From an uncultured Candidatus Saccharibacteria bacterium (GTDB lineage: Bacteria > Patescibacteriota > Saccharimonadia > Saccharimonadales > JALRHH01), in assembly GCA_964559915.1 (NCBI GenBank), contig CAZLJP010000004.1, positions 16,336 to 80,335 on the forward strand: a stretch of 64,000 bases of DNA. Reading direction: 5' to 3'. A model generated the notes under the pieces. The model had not been told where the DNA came from, did not search any database, and worked only from the letters and a program-made list of their open reading frames with translations. A program made the translations under genes and the position numbers. Each line of letters starts with the position of its first letter. Within the stretch, counting starts at the first letter, position 1. Positions 37,606 through 46,862 of the stretch are shown piece by piece.

Positions 37606-38883
37606 CTAGTTGTCACTTGGCAGCGGGAATTGAAGCGCAAAGTCTTTCACATCAATACTTAACTTGTTAAGTATTTTTTCATCTTCGCGTGCATCGATGG
37701 CTTGCTTCATCCAATCCGCAATTTGATCCATGTGATTCTCCCGGAGGCCCCGAGTGGTGATGGCTGGTGTGCCAAGCCGTATACCACTGGGCCTAAAAGG
37801 TGGCAGTGGGTCATCTGCGACGGCGTTTTTATTGAGTGTCAGGCCAATGGCATCTAGCGCTGTCTCGGCTACGTTGCCATCAATACCAAAACTCTTGTGC
37901 ACATCAGCTAGGATGAGATGGTTGCTGGTGCCCCCTGTTACCAGTTGGAAGTCACGCGATTTCAGACCATCTGCCAGCGCAGCCGCATTTGTAACTATTT
38001 GCCGGGCATATGTTTTAAACTCTGGCTGAAGTGCTTCACCAAAACAGACTGCCTTGGCGGCAATCACATGCATATGCGGGCCGCCCTGCATGCCAGGGAA
38101 TATTGAGCGATCAATAAGTGTTGGAATGTTTTCTAGTGTTTTCTCTGGAGCTTTGAGTGGGTTACCTACTGTGCCCTTGCTCAAAATCAGACCACCACGT
38201 GGTCCACGTAGTGTCTTATGCGTGGTGGTAGTAATGACATGGAAGCCATAATCAAAGGGGTTTTTGGCCACGCCACCGGCGATTAAACCAGCAATATGTG
38301 CCATGTCAGCCATCAACAATGCGCCCACTTCGTTGCCAATTGCCGCAAACTTAGCATAATCCAACTCACGCGGATAAGCGCTAAAGCCAGCCAAAATAAT
38401 CTTGGGTTTGTGTTCCAGTGCTAACGCGCGCAGCTCGTCGTAATCAATCTCCCCTGTACTGATATCCTTCATCTTGTAACGAATGAAGTTGTATAGCTTG
38501 GCGCTGCGAGTAACGGGTGCACCGTGAGTTAGGTGGCCACCGTGACCCAAGTCCATTGCCAGCACGGTATCACCCGGCTCAAGCCATGCACTATAGACGG
38601 CTTCATTGGCAGGCGCACCGGAGTGTGGCTGCACATTGGCATGGTCGGCCTTAAAGAGTTGTTTGGCCCTATCAATTGCAAGCTGCTCGAGAGGGTCGGT
38701 AAATTCCTGGCCACCGTAATAACGCCTACCTGGATAGCCTTCGGAATATTTATTAGTAAAGACACTACCGAGTGCCGTCAACACGTCACGGCTAACATAG
38801 TTTTCTGATGGTATTAGCTCCAGGCCTTCGCGCTGGCGATGCTCCTCAGATTTGATTAAATCCCAAACAGTTTTGTCATTCAT
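37606..38883 (-). CDS. glyA: serine hydroxymethyltransferase
   Basis: LIPSENY, GYPGRRYYGG and the PLP-lysine motif TTTTHKTLRGPRGG. The ATG at 38883 gives a canonical N-terminus. Confidence 0.95.
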   Translation of the reverse strand: MNDKTVWDLIKSEEHRQREGLELIPSENYVSRDVLTALGSVFTNKYSEGYPGRRYYGGQEFTDPLEQLAIDRAKQLFKADHANVQPHSGAPANEAVYSAWLEPGDTVLAMDLGHGGHLTHGAPVTRSAKLYNFIRYKMKDISTGEIDYDELRALALEHKPKIILAGFSAYPRELDYAKFAAIGNEVGALLMADMAHIAGLIAGGVAKNPFDYGFHVITTTTHKTLRGPRGGLILSKGTVGNPLKAPEKTLENIPTLIDRSIFPGMQGGPHMHVIAAKAVCFGEALQPEFKTYARQIVTNAAALADGLKSRDFQLVTGGTSNHLILADVHKSFGIDGNVAETALDAIGLTLNKNAVADDPLPPFRPSGIRLGTPAITTRGLRENHMDQIADWMKQAIDAREDEKILNKLSIDVKDFALQFPLPSDN

Positions 38884-38968
38884 ACGTACATTGTACATGA
38901 GAAATAACAGAGTATAGTTGTAGATTTTATCGGTAGACATATATCAGAAAAGGTATAATATATAGATT

Positions 38969-40489
38969 ATGCCTACAACAAATGAGAAAATCGGACACCT
39001 TATTTACCAAGTAAGACAAGAGCGCAGCATGACGCAAGCGGAGTTTGCTCGCAAACTGGGGACCAGCCAGTCAGCCATTAATCGTATCGAGCATGGCAAA
39101 CAAAACCTGAGCTTGGAGACGCTTGGCCGTATCAGTGATGTGCTTAAAAAGCCGCTTATTAGCTTGGGTAGCAGCGCTGTGAACCTCCGTATCGAAGGTG
39201 GTCACGAGCTCAGCGGCAGCATCCAGACCAATGTTTCTAAGAATGCTGCTGTGTGTTTGTTATTTGCAGCCTTGCTTAATAAAGGTACGACTCGCCTAAA
39301 GCATATGCCCCGTATCGAAGAGGTCTATCGTATTATCGAAGTTCTGACCAGTATTGGCGTTAGCGTCAAGTGGCTGCCAGGCAACGACCTAGAAATCAAA
39401 CCTCCTGCAATAATTGACATGTCCAAAATGGATAAGACCGCTGCTCGCAAAACTCGTAGTGTCATCATGATGCTTGGCCCGCTTATGCACATCTTTAAAG
39501 AGTTTAAGATTCCGTATGCCGGTGGCTGTAAATTAGGCACACGCACCGTGCAGCCGCATCTGTTTGCACTGGAAGAGTTTGGTGTTGATATTGTGGCAAA
39601 AACCGGCCACTACCATGTTATTGTCCAGAAAAAATTACCCGAAGAAGTGGTGCTATACGAATCTGGCGATACCACCACAGAAAACGTCATCATGGCTGCC
39701 GCAAAGTTTGACGGCGAAGTCACAATCAAAATGGCCAGCGCCAATTACATGGTTCAGGACCTCTGTTTCTTCCTCAAGAAACTGGGAGTCAAGATTGAAG
39801 GCATCGGCACCAGCACTTTGCGTGTCCGCGGTGTCAAAGAAATCAAGAAGAACGTTACCTACTATCCCGGCGAAGACCCCATTGAGTCTATGACATTTGT
39901 GGCCGCAGCTGTTGCTACGAATTCCAAGCTCACCATCACCCGCTCTCCGATTGAGTTTTTGGAGCTGGAGCTACTAAAGCTCAAGAAAATGGGGCTCCGT
40001 ATTGATGTGTCAGAAAAATATAAAGCCAATAACGGACAGACCGATTTAGCAGACATCACCGTTCACAAGCACGATGGTGGTTTGCGGGCACTCGAAGAAA
40101 AGATTTATGCCCGTCCGTTCCCTGGTCTAAATATTGATAACTTGCCGTACTTTGTACCGGTAGCTGCCGTTGCCAAGGGGCGCACACTCATTCATGACTG
40201 GGTCTACGAAGAGCGAGCCCTCTATTACACAGAGATGCGCAAGCTCGGTGTTAACGTAACGCTCGCCGACCCACACCGTGCTTATATAGACGGACCAACC
40301 AAATGGAGCGCGGCTGATATTGTCTGTCCGCCCGCTTTGCGACCCGCCGTACTGCTACTCATTGGTATGCTTGCTGCCGACGGCGTATCAATCTTGCGTA
40401 ACATTTACTCTATCAATCGTGGGTATGAGGATTTGGCCGAGCGCTTAAATAGCATCGGTGCTCAAATCAGTCTTGTTCACGAGCTATAG
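38969..40489 (+). CDS. murA: XRE-type HTH domain fused to UDP-N-acetylglucosamine 1-carboxyvinyltransferase
   Basis: Residues 1-65 form a Cro/C1 HTH (MTQAEFARKLGTSQSAINRIEHGKQNLSLETL). The rest is full-length MurA (VSKNAAV, active-site loop YAGGCKLGTRTVQPH, RGYEDL) in one uninterrupted frame. Confidence 0.85.
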   Translation: MPTTNEKIGHLIYQVRQERSMTQAEFARKLGTSQSAINRIEHGKQNLSLETLGRISDVLKKPLISLGSSAVNLRIEGGHELSGSIQTNVSKNAAVCLLFAALLNKGTTRLKHMPRIEEVYRIIEVLTSIGVSVKWLPGNDLEIKPPAIIDMSKMDKTAARKTRSVIMMLGPLMHIFKEFKIPYAGGCKLGTRTVQPHLFALEEFGVDIVAKTGHYHVIVQKKLPEEVVLYESGDTTTENVIMAAAKFDGEVTIKMASANYMVQDLCFFLKKLGVKIEGIGTSTLRVRGVKEIKKNVTYYPGEDPIESMTFVAAAVATNSKLTITRSPIEFLELELLKLKKMGLRIDVSEKYKANNGQTDLADITVHKHDGGLRALEEKIYARPFPGLNIDNLPYFVPVAAVAKGRTLIHDWVYEERALYYTEMRKLGVNVTLADPHRAYIDGPTKWSAADIVCPPALRPAVLLLIGMLAADGVSILRNIYSINRGYEDLAERLNSIGAQISLVHEL

Positions 40490-40490
40490 A

Positions 40491-40604
40491 CTAACCCAAT
40501 AGCTCTTCTAGGCGCAGCTGATAACCCGTTCTGAGATAGATAATGTAGCCAACGGCTACTGCCAATAGCAGTATTAAAATAGCTGTCCGGTGCCACTCTT
40601 TCAT
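40491..40604 (-). CDS. 37-aa single-TM small protein, translationally coupled to sortase
   Basis: Hand translation gives MKEWHRTAILILLLAVAVGYIIYLRTGYQLRLEELLG. Its ATG overlaps the sortase TGA (CTATGAAA). Too short for the ORF track. Confidence 0.45.
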   Translation of the reverse strand: MKEWHRTAILILLLAVAVGYIIYLRTGYQLRLEELLG

Positions 40605-41188
40605 AGTTTTGGCTCCATTAATTCGGCAGTTATGACTAGACGATCCTTGGCCGACCACAGTGGCGTACAGGTATAGATTGTAAGTATTGAGTTGGTGGTT
40701 GGGGCTATCAAACTTGAGTCCGTTGGTGATACTACATGAACTCCAGTTACTACATAATCGTATCGCTTACCTTCCCAAAACAGCGTAATAGCATCGCCCT
40801 TCGACACTTTATCCAAATAGTAAAAAACTGCTTTGCCACTGTAGGTAAAACGATGCCCAGCGATAATAGTGTTACCACCCCTATCTGGCGTGCTATTCTT
40901 TGGCAGGTGCCATACGCCTTTGTTGAGTGTTTGTACATCAGGCCCATCATAGACCGCTTGCTTCATTTCAAGTTTTGGAATCAAGAGAGTGTTCTGTGTG
41001 GGTGTTGGCTCACTAGTAGCCACGACAGTCTCTGGTCTGCGTGACACTACAGGTGCTTCGTGTCGCACCCACCACGTCAGGCTAGGTAAAAATGGCCAAG
41101 TAAAAATATACAGCGCTAGAAAAATAACAAGTAAACCTAGGCCAGTATTAAAGTGACGCAACGTTATGTGACGCTTCATAATATACAT
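40601..41188 (-). CDS. sortase (membrane-anchored cysteine transpeptidase)
   Basis: N-terminal TM, catalytic His (IIAGHRF), TLxTC-type motif LTIYTCTP, and Arg (KDRLVITA). Confidence 0.88.
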   Translation of the reverse strand: MYIMKRHITLRHFNTGLGLLVIFLALYIFTWPFLPSLTWWVRHEAPVVSRRPETVVATSEPTPTQNTLLIPKLEMKQAVYDGPDVQTLNKGVWHLPKNSTPDRGGNTIIAGHRFTYSGKAVFYYLDKVSKGDAITLFWEGKRYDYVVTGVHVVSPTDSSLIAPTTNSILTIYTCTPLWSAKDRLVITAELMEPKL

Positions 41189-41390
41189 TGTACAGAAATC
41201 TATAGCATACTACTTTGCAAAACATCCTTGCATACTGTGAAGTAAAGTTGGATAATGCGTAATAGAACAAATATCTACAGACAAGCGACTAGGGGGCGGA
41301 GTGAGCAAAACCTGGCGATTGCTTTGGATAAACTCTCTTACTAAAACCTAATTACTTGCCTAATATACGATTACAGTGAAGGAGGTCGTT

Positions 41391-44300
41391 ATGAGAAAGT
41401 TTAGTTTTCGTACCATCAAACAAAGACTTGGTATGAGTCTTATTGCCGTACTATTTAGTGCGACGCAAATTTTGTTTCCAGTATTAGCCAGTAGCACTGT
41501 CTATGCAGCCGGGGCCACTATAAACTCGAGTAATCATCAGGGTAAAAATACTGATGGTACCTGGACGAGTGGCAATACCACTCTCTATAAGGAAGGTGAT
41601 TACGCTCACTTCCGCTTTACTCTCACGGCCAATCAAGCCGCTCAGGGCTCCATGCTTGTAGTATTCTCCAACGCAGCAAACGGCTGTGCTCAATTCTTCA
41701 CAAACTACTTTAGCATTGACTCCGTAACACCGGCTGGTACTGCAACTGTCACTCCAGCGGGTGCCCCAGTTAGCGTAGCGGGTGGTGGGGGTTCTTCTGA
41801 TTGGCAGCAGCAGCTTAACCTTAACTTCAGCGCCGGCGGTAATGTAACAGTCGAGTATGTTCTACAATTCTCGTTCACTGCTGGCGACTGTAATGGCTCA
41901 AGCACCCACAGTGCTCTTGCTGCAGCCCAGAACGCTGGTGACTACAAGAATACCGGAGCACAAACAATTCCTCTGCCCGGGTCTGGTATTCTGTACGCTC
42001 CAAGCATAACAATCAACAAGACTGTTAGCGGCGGAAGTGCAGTTCCTAGTGACTTTAGCTTTACCGTTTCACCTGCTATTGGCGGGCAAACCGTCTTCCA
42101 TATCCCCAGTGGGCAAACATCCGTAACCATCCCGAACATTAATCCAGATGGCGTCTTTACTATTACCGAAAGTGGTCCAGCTGGCTACACAATGATAAGT
42201 GGTAGCGGTACAAACTGTGTTGTTACCTCGCTCGCAGATGGCAAGATGACAGCCACCGTGACCGCTGGTCGACCTGCAGTAGATGCCATTTGTAACTTTG
42301 GCAATCAGCAACAAACGGGTAGCATCAAAGTCATTAAAGATGTTGTGAATGACAATGGCGGCAACAAAACGTACGCTGACTTCACATTCACCCTTAATGG
42401 CACCACTTATAACTTCGACGCTACCACGTCACCTGATGGAGCAAAAACCGTTACTCTACCAGTCGGTGGACCCTACAGTGTAGTCGAGCCAGAGGCCGAC
42501 ACTATGGGATATGCAACAGGCTACAACAACTGCGCGAACCTGGTAGTAGTGGCCGGACAAACCCAAACGTGTACCATTACCAATAATGACGTTGCACCAT
42601 CATTAACTTTGAATAAGATTGTTAACAATGCTTTTGGTGGCGACAATCCTGAGAGTGACTGGACGCTTACAGCTAACGGTGGAAATGCCGGTGTACTATC
42701 TGGCCCAGGCGCCAATACAAACACAGATGTTGTCAGTGGCGCTGGCTTCAAAGCTGGCACCTATGCCCTCAGTGAAAATGGCCCATCAGGCTACAGCGCC
42801 AGCAGCTGGACATGTACTGGTACCGGTACACAGAATGGCAGCAATATTACGCTTGCTGCTGGTCAATCTGCTGTATGTACCATCACGAACACTGCACAGC
42901 AGCCAACACTCACTATTGTCAAAAATGTCACCAATGCCTTCGGTGGCACACTAGTTGCAAGTGATTTTGGACTAAAGGTCAATAATACTAGTCTCAGCTT
43001 TATAGCTGGTGCTCCGGGTACAACTACCGCCTACACCGCCACACCTAGTGTCAATGCCAACACCTCCTATACACTCAGTGAAATTGATGTTGCCGGATAT
43101 TCAGAGGGCAACTGGAACTGTACAGGCGGCACCTCTGGAGTGTTTAGCGGCACCAGTGTCACCCTTGACGAGGGAGAAAACGTCACCTGTACTATTACCA
43201 ACAGTGACATAGCGCCAATTATCAATATCATAAAGCTAGCGCTTAACCCTTATGGTACCGCACTCTTACCTGATGCCTTTAGCCTAACGCTCGACGGCCA
43301 ACCAGTATCTAGTGGCGTAAACAATCCTGTTACTGCTGGGTTACACATTGTTGGAGAAACGCAGCAACCTGGCTACCAGTTTACTAGCTTTGCTGGCCAG
43401 AACTGTACAGTCGATCAGCAAGGTACCTGGACGGCCTTAGGTGTCATTGGGCAGACAACCACTTGTACCATTACCAACACCGCAATCCAACCAAAGTTGA
43501 TTATCAAAAAGCACGTTGTTAACGACAACGGCGGTGGCAAGTCAGCTGGCGACTTCAATATGACCGTTAGTGGGAACGCTGTTAGTGACACGAACTTCCC
43601 AGGCGAAGAAGCTGGTACGACGGTCTATCTCAGCGAAGGCACCTACAGTGTTGACGAACTTACCGACGGTGCATACGCAAAGACGCTCAGTGAAGACTGT
43701 AGTGGCACAATCAAGATTGGCGAGACCAAGACCTGTACAATCACGAATGATGACAAGCCAGGTACACTAATCGTTAACAAGGCTGTCAAGGGCGGCGACA
43801 GCGAAGCCGAAGACTTTAGTTTCAAGATTGATGGTAGTGACACAGATTATAGCTTTGTAAACGGCCAGACAACTACTGAGGGTAGCGCACCCGTCGAGCT
43901 TAACGCTGGTACATATTCTGTCACAGAGAACGACGCCTACGGCTACGACAAAGACGACAGTGACTGTAAGAACGTTCAGGTCAAGAATGGCGATGAAGCC
44001 AGCTGTACCATCACCAATACTGCACAGCGTAAGATTACTATCTGTCACGCCACTGCCGCAGTAAAGAACCCGTATGTAACCCTATCTGTACCCATCTCAG
44101 CCGTTGACGGCACTGCTGGCAACCAAGCAGGTAAAGGTGATCATTACGGCGAACACCAGGGTCCAATCTTCGACCCCGCAGTCAACCACAACGGTGACAA
44201 CTGGGGAGATATCATCCCACCGGTGCCGCCATACCACAATGGCCTTAACTGGGACGAGGACGGCCAAGCAGCCTACGAAAATGACTGTGTTCCTCCTGCT

Positions 44301-45293
44301 AAAGTAATTGTTACCAAGTACAACGACCTCAACCGTAACGACGTACAAGATCAGGATGAACCCACCCTACCCGACTGGGAGTTCAACCTAACCGACGGTC
44401 AGTGTGACCAAGAGTTCAATATCGAGGCGTTCCTATCAAAAGCCCTCAATGAGGCAACTTGTTACGACAAAACTCAGACCACCGGCCAAGACGGCACAAC
44501 TACTTTCAAAGGTGTCGTACTAGACAACACCTACCAGTTGTCAGAAAATATCCCCGCAGATAGTAACTGGCATCTCGGTAATATCAGCTGTGATGGCGAC
44601 CAAGCAGGTCTTGATGGTAACATCTTCTACCTCGACGACATCCAGCCTGGTGTTACTATCGACTGTACTGTTGGCAACTACCGTGACGCCGTACTCAATA
44701 TTGCTAAGTCAAATAATCGTCCTAACCCAACTACCGTAGGCGACACTGTCACCTACACTCTTACCGTAACTGTCCCAGAAGACAGTGGCATGGTGTTCGA
44801 TACTGAAGTAACCGATCTGCCACCAGAAGGTTTCGAGTATGTAACCGGCAGCTGGACAGCAGATTCAAGTGTACGTGGTGACATCAAGGGCGAACTGACT
44901 CCTGAGCCAACCTACGGTTCTCCGGGTATCTGGCTACTCCGAAACCTTGTCCCAGGAGAGATTGTCACTCTCACCTACAAGGCATTAATCAAATCAAGCG
45001 TTAGTGATGGCAAATACCCAGATATCGCATTTGCGCGCGGTTGTAGCACAAACCTCGGCTGTGTACCTCAGGGTAGTGGCAATGTCATCTTTGCCAATAT
45101 CAGCACTGGTAGCAATACGCCATTTGTCGGCACTACCGTTGCCATAACCTCACCTGCGGTCATACCTGCCAATATTATCCACTACGTTAATACTGGCGCA
45201 TCAAATGTATGGCTCAACACGATTGCAGCAATTACTCTTGCGGGAGCAGCCCTGATGACACTTGTTCGCCGTGAGCAGAAAGGAACAAAGTAA
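41391..45293 (+). CDS. giant modular surface adhesin-like protein with C-terminal YVNTGA sorting signal
   Basis: AAGGAGG RBS before the ATG at 41391. Signal peptide (VLASSTVYA|AG). Seven roughly 90-104-aa modules ending in CTITN. SdrD-B/DUF11-like distal domains. C-terminus is YVNTGASNVWLNTIAAITLAGAALMTLVRREQKGTK. Confidence 0.85.
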   Translation: MRKFSFRTIKQRLGMSLIAVLFSATQILFPVLASSTVYAAGATINSSNHQGKNTDGTWTSGNTTLYKEGDYAHFRFTLTANQAAQGSMLVVFSNAANGCAQFFTNYFSIDSVTPAGTATVTPAGAPVSVAGGGGSSDWQQQLNLNFSAGGNVTVEYVLQFSFTAGDCNGSSTHSALAAAQNAGDYKNTGAQTIPLPGSGILYAPSITINKTVSGGSAVPSDFSFTVSPAIGGQTVFHIPSGQTSVTIPNINPDGVFTITESGPAGYTMISGSGTNCVVTSLADGKMTATVTAGRPAVDAICNFGNQQQTGSIKVIKDVVNDNGGNKTYADFTFTLNGTTYNFDATTSPDGAKTVTLPVGGPYSVVEPEADTMGYATGYNNCANLVVVAGQTQTCTITNNDVAPSLTLNKIVNNAFGGDNPESDWTLTANGGNAGVLSGPGANTNTDVVSGAGFKAGTYALSENGPSGYSASSWTCTGTGTQNGSNITLAAGQSAVCTITNTAQQPTLTIVKNVTNAFGGTLVASDFGLKVNNTSLSFIAGAPGTTTAYTATPSVNANTSYTLSEIDVAGYSEGNWNCTGGTSGVFSGTSVTLDEGENVTCTITNSDIAPIINIIKLALNPYGTALLPDAFSLTLDGQPVSSGVNNPVTAGLHIVGETQQPGYQFTSFAGQNCTVDQQGTWTALGVIGQTTTCTITNTAIQPKLIIKKHVVNDNGGGKSAGDFNMTVSGNAVSDTNFPGEEAGTTVYLSEGTYSVDELTDGAYAKTLSEDCSGTIKIGETKTCTITNDDKPGTLIVNKAVKGGDSEAEDFSFKIDGSDTDYSFVNGQTTTEGSAPVELNAGTYSVTENDAYGYDKDDSDCKNVQVKNGDEASCTITNTAQRKITICHATAAVKNPYVTLSVPISAVDGTAGNQAGKGDHYGEHQGPIFDPAVNHNGDNWGDIIPPVPPYHNGLNWDEDGQAAYENDCVPPAKVIVTKYNDLNRNDVQDQDEPTLPDWEFNLTDGQCDQEFNIEAFLSKALNEATCYDKTQTTGQDGTTTFKGVVLDNTYQLSENIPADSNWHLGNISCDGDQAGLDGNIFYLDDIQPGVTIDCTVGNYRDAVLNIAKSNNRPNPTTVGDTVTYTLTVTVPEDSGMVFDTEVTDLPPEGFEYVTGSWTADSSVRGDIKGELTPEPTYGSPGIWLLRNLVPGEIVTLTYKALIKSSVSDGKYPDIAFARGCSTNLGCVPQGSGNVIFANISTGSNTPFVGTTVAITSPAVIPANIIHYVNTGASNVWLNTIAAITLAGAALMTLVRREQKGTK
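41990..44020 (+). repeat. tandem intragenic domain repeats (7 modules, period about 270-312 nt)
   Basis: The Cys-x-I/F-T/G-N module ends recur at about 42291, 42571, 42876, 43188, 43464, 43734 and 44004. Each is followed by a [IL]x[IV]xK...NxxGG start. Confidence 0.7.
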
Positions 45294-45964
45294 TGAAAAA
45301 GCTTTTAATTGCACTGACACTAACTGTTGTCCTTAGCCTTGGCTTGTCAGCACAGACATTGGCAGCCAGTCGCTATTGGGACGTACAAATCATGACTCCT
45401 GCTGCATCTAGTACTAACCATACGCTAAATGTCGCGTATAACGTCCTCTCAACGATTGAGGACGACATCTACGACGTCAGCTTATACCAAAATGAGATAC
45501 TCATTGGCTCACAGCACGTCGACCATCCACCTAAGGGCGGTGATTCAGGAGCATTCAACATTACGATGCCTGCTAATGGTACATACAAGTACCAGATTTC
45601 TGCCAACAACACGAGTGCTGGTGAAATAAAAATGACTGACGCTAAAACAGTTACTATTGTTAATGGCCCAAGTCCAACTGTTACGACTGTTACTACTGCT
45701 AGTGCAACTGGCAGCACTACCGGCACCGGCGCTAACGCGAGTCAGACGAATGGCATAGCAACTGCCGCCAATGGCACAAACAACGGGCAAGTTACCGATA
45801 ATGCAGCCAGCACCGAGAAAAAGGACGGTCAATCACTTGGCGCAAGCACCACCAAAGCAAGCGCATCACACAACAACAAAAAGTGGTACGCACTTGGTGC
45901 TGGGACTATCGTTCTCCTTGTGGCCGCCTACTACTGGGTTCGTCGTCGCAGCGAACAAGAATAA
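45293..45964 (+). CDS. secreted, C-terminally membrane-anchored Thr/Ala-rich protein
   Basis: TAATG junction with the adhesin gene. Signal peptide (LSAQTLA|AS). C-terminal TM plus RRRSEQE. No sorting motif. Confidence 0.6.
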   Translation: MKKLLIALTLTVVLSLGLSAQTLAASRYWDVQIMTPAASSTNHTLNVAYNVLSTIEDDIYDVSLYQNEILIGSQHVDHPPKGGDSGAFNITMPANGTYKYQISANNTSAGEIKMTDAKTVTIVNGPSPTVTTVTTASATGSTTGTGANASQTNGIATAANGTNNGQVTDNAASTEKKDGQSLGASTTKASASHNNKKWYALGAGTIVLLVAAYYWVRRRSEQE

Positions 45965-45982
45965 AAAAACTTTACTTTAAAT

Positions 45983-46012
45983 AAAAAGCCGGTCATCAGA
46001 CCGGCTTTTTAT
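45983..46012. terminator. bidirectional intrinsic terminator
   Basis: AAAAAGCCGGTC-ATCA-GACCGGCTTTTTATTT. Confidence 0.75.
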
Positions 46013-46192
46013 TTGGGGCGAACGATGGGGATTGGCCACATTCTGCAGCCCCAAAACTTCGCTCATGGCAACATAGTTGCCAGAGGAAGATTTTCTTGCA
46101 AACAGCCACAGGCTGTTTTCACCCACGACCTTAGGGTGGGTTCGATACACATGTGCCAAATAATAAGTCCCACAAAAGTGGGACTTATTATT
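46009..46192 (-). repeat. tRNA-His-associated 3'-end-duplication module
   Basis: 26 nt (TTATTTGGGGCGAACGATGGGGATTG) at 46009-46034 equals 46188-46213. 11 nt (ACCCACGACCT) at 46121-46131 equals tRNA 46215-46225. An 86-nt insert at 46035-46120 sits at the T-loop position of the copy. The hairpin AATAATAAGTCCCAC-TTTT-GTGGGACTTATTATT directly follows the tRNA. Confidence 0.7.
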
Positions 46193-46270
46193 TGGGGCGA
46201 ACGATGGGGATTGAACCCACGACCTCCGGAACCACAACCCGGCGCTCTAACCAACTGAGCTACATTCGCC
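46193..46270 (-). tRNA. tRNA-His (anticodon GTG) with encoded G-1 and CCA
   Basis: G-1 plus GCGAATG acceptor, anticodon arm CCGGG-TTGTGGT-TCCGG, T-arm GTGGG-TTCAATC-CCCAT, C73, CCA. Confidence 0.88.
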
Positions 46271-46325
46271 ATAGCTTTAAATAACAGAGGTAATTTTACT
46301 GCATTCGAGCAAAAATAACAATAAC

Positions 46326-46853
46326 TTATATCTGTTGGTAGTATTCTGATGATAGTAGTGCGTCTACTGCATCTGGTATATCTGATTTAGCCGGAACGCC
46401 AGACAGAATTTGAGCTTTTACTTCTTGTGGGTTAATCCAGCTAGCAGAAACAAAATCTTCTGGGTTAAACTGTGGTGTTTCATTGCTTCGATATGCGTAT
46501 AACATAGTGTAGTAACGAACATCGTCACGCCTGAACTTCTTGATAGAAACTAAGTCGGCAGGGCTAATTGTAATATTAATTTCTTCTTCGGCTTCTCGTA
46601 CAGCTGCGTCTAGATAATCTTCACCTGAATCAACGTGACCACCTACACTGAAGTCTAAACCGTTAGGCGCGATTGTCTTATCTGCCGTACGTTTAGGTAT
46701 CCAGAGTTGGCCTTGGTCGTTGATGATAAGTATGTTGGAGGCACGGATATATCCCAGTTTATCTGCTATTAATTTGCCGTAGTCTGCACGCAAAATAGTA
46801 CCGATTACGGCATCATTCTCGTCTGTCAAATCTAATAATTCTTCTTGGTGCAT
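46326..46853 (-). CDS. NUDIX hydrolase
   Basis: Nudix box GGHVDSGEDYLDAAVREAEEEINI. The start codon lies 9 nt after the tRNA-Arg(TCT) 3' end. Confidence 0.8.
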   Translation of the reverse strand: MHQEELLDLTDENDAVIGTILRADYGKLIADKLGYIRASNILIINDQGQLWIPKRTADKTIAPNGLDFSVGGHVDSGEDYLDAAVREAEEEINITISPADLVSIKKFRRDDVRYYTMLYAYRSNETPQFNPEDFVSASWINPQEVKAQILSGVPAKSDIPDAVDALLSSEYYQQI

Positions 46854-46862
46854 ACGTTTTCT

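Noticed and set aside
41376-41390. Upstream GTG start (MKEVV...) for the giant adhesin
   Set aside because: The GTGAAGGAGG sequence is better read as the Shine-Dalgarno sequence for the ATG at 41391, which yields a canonical signal peptide.
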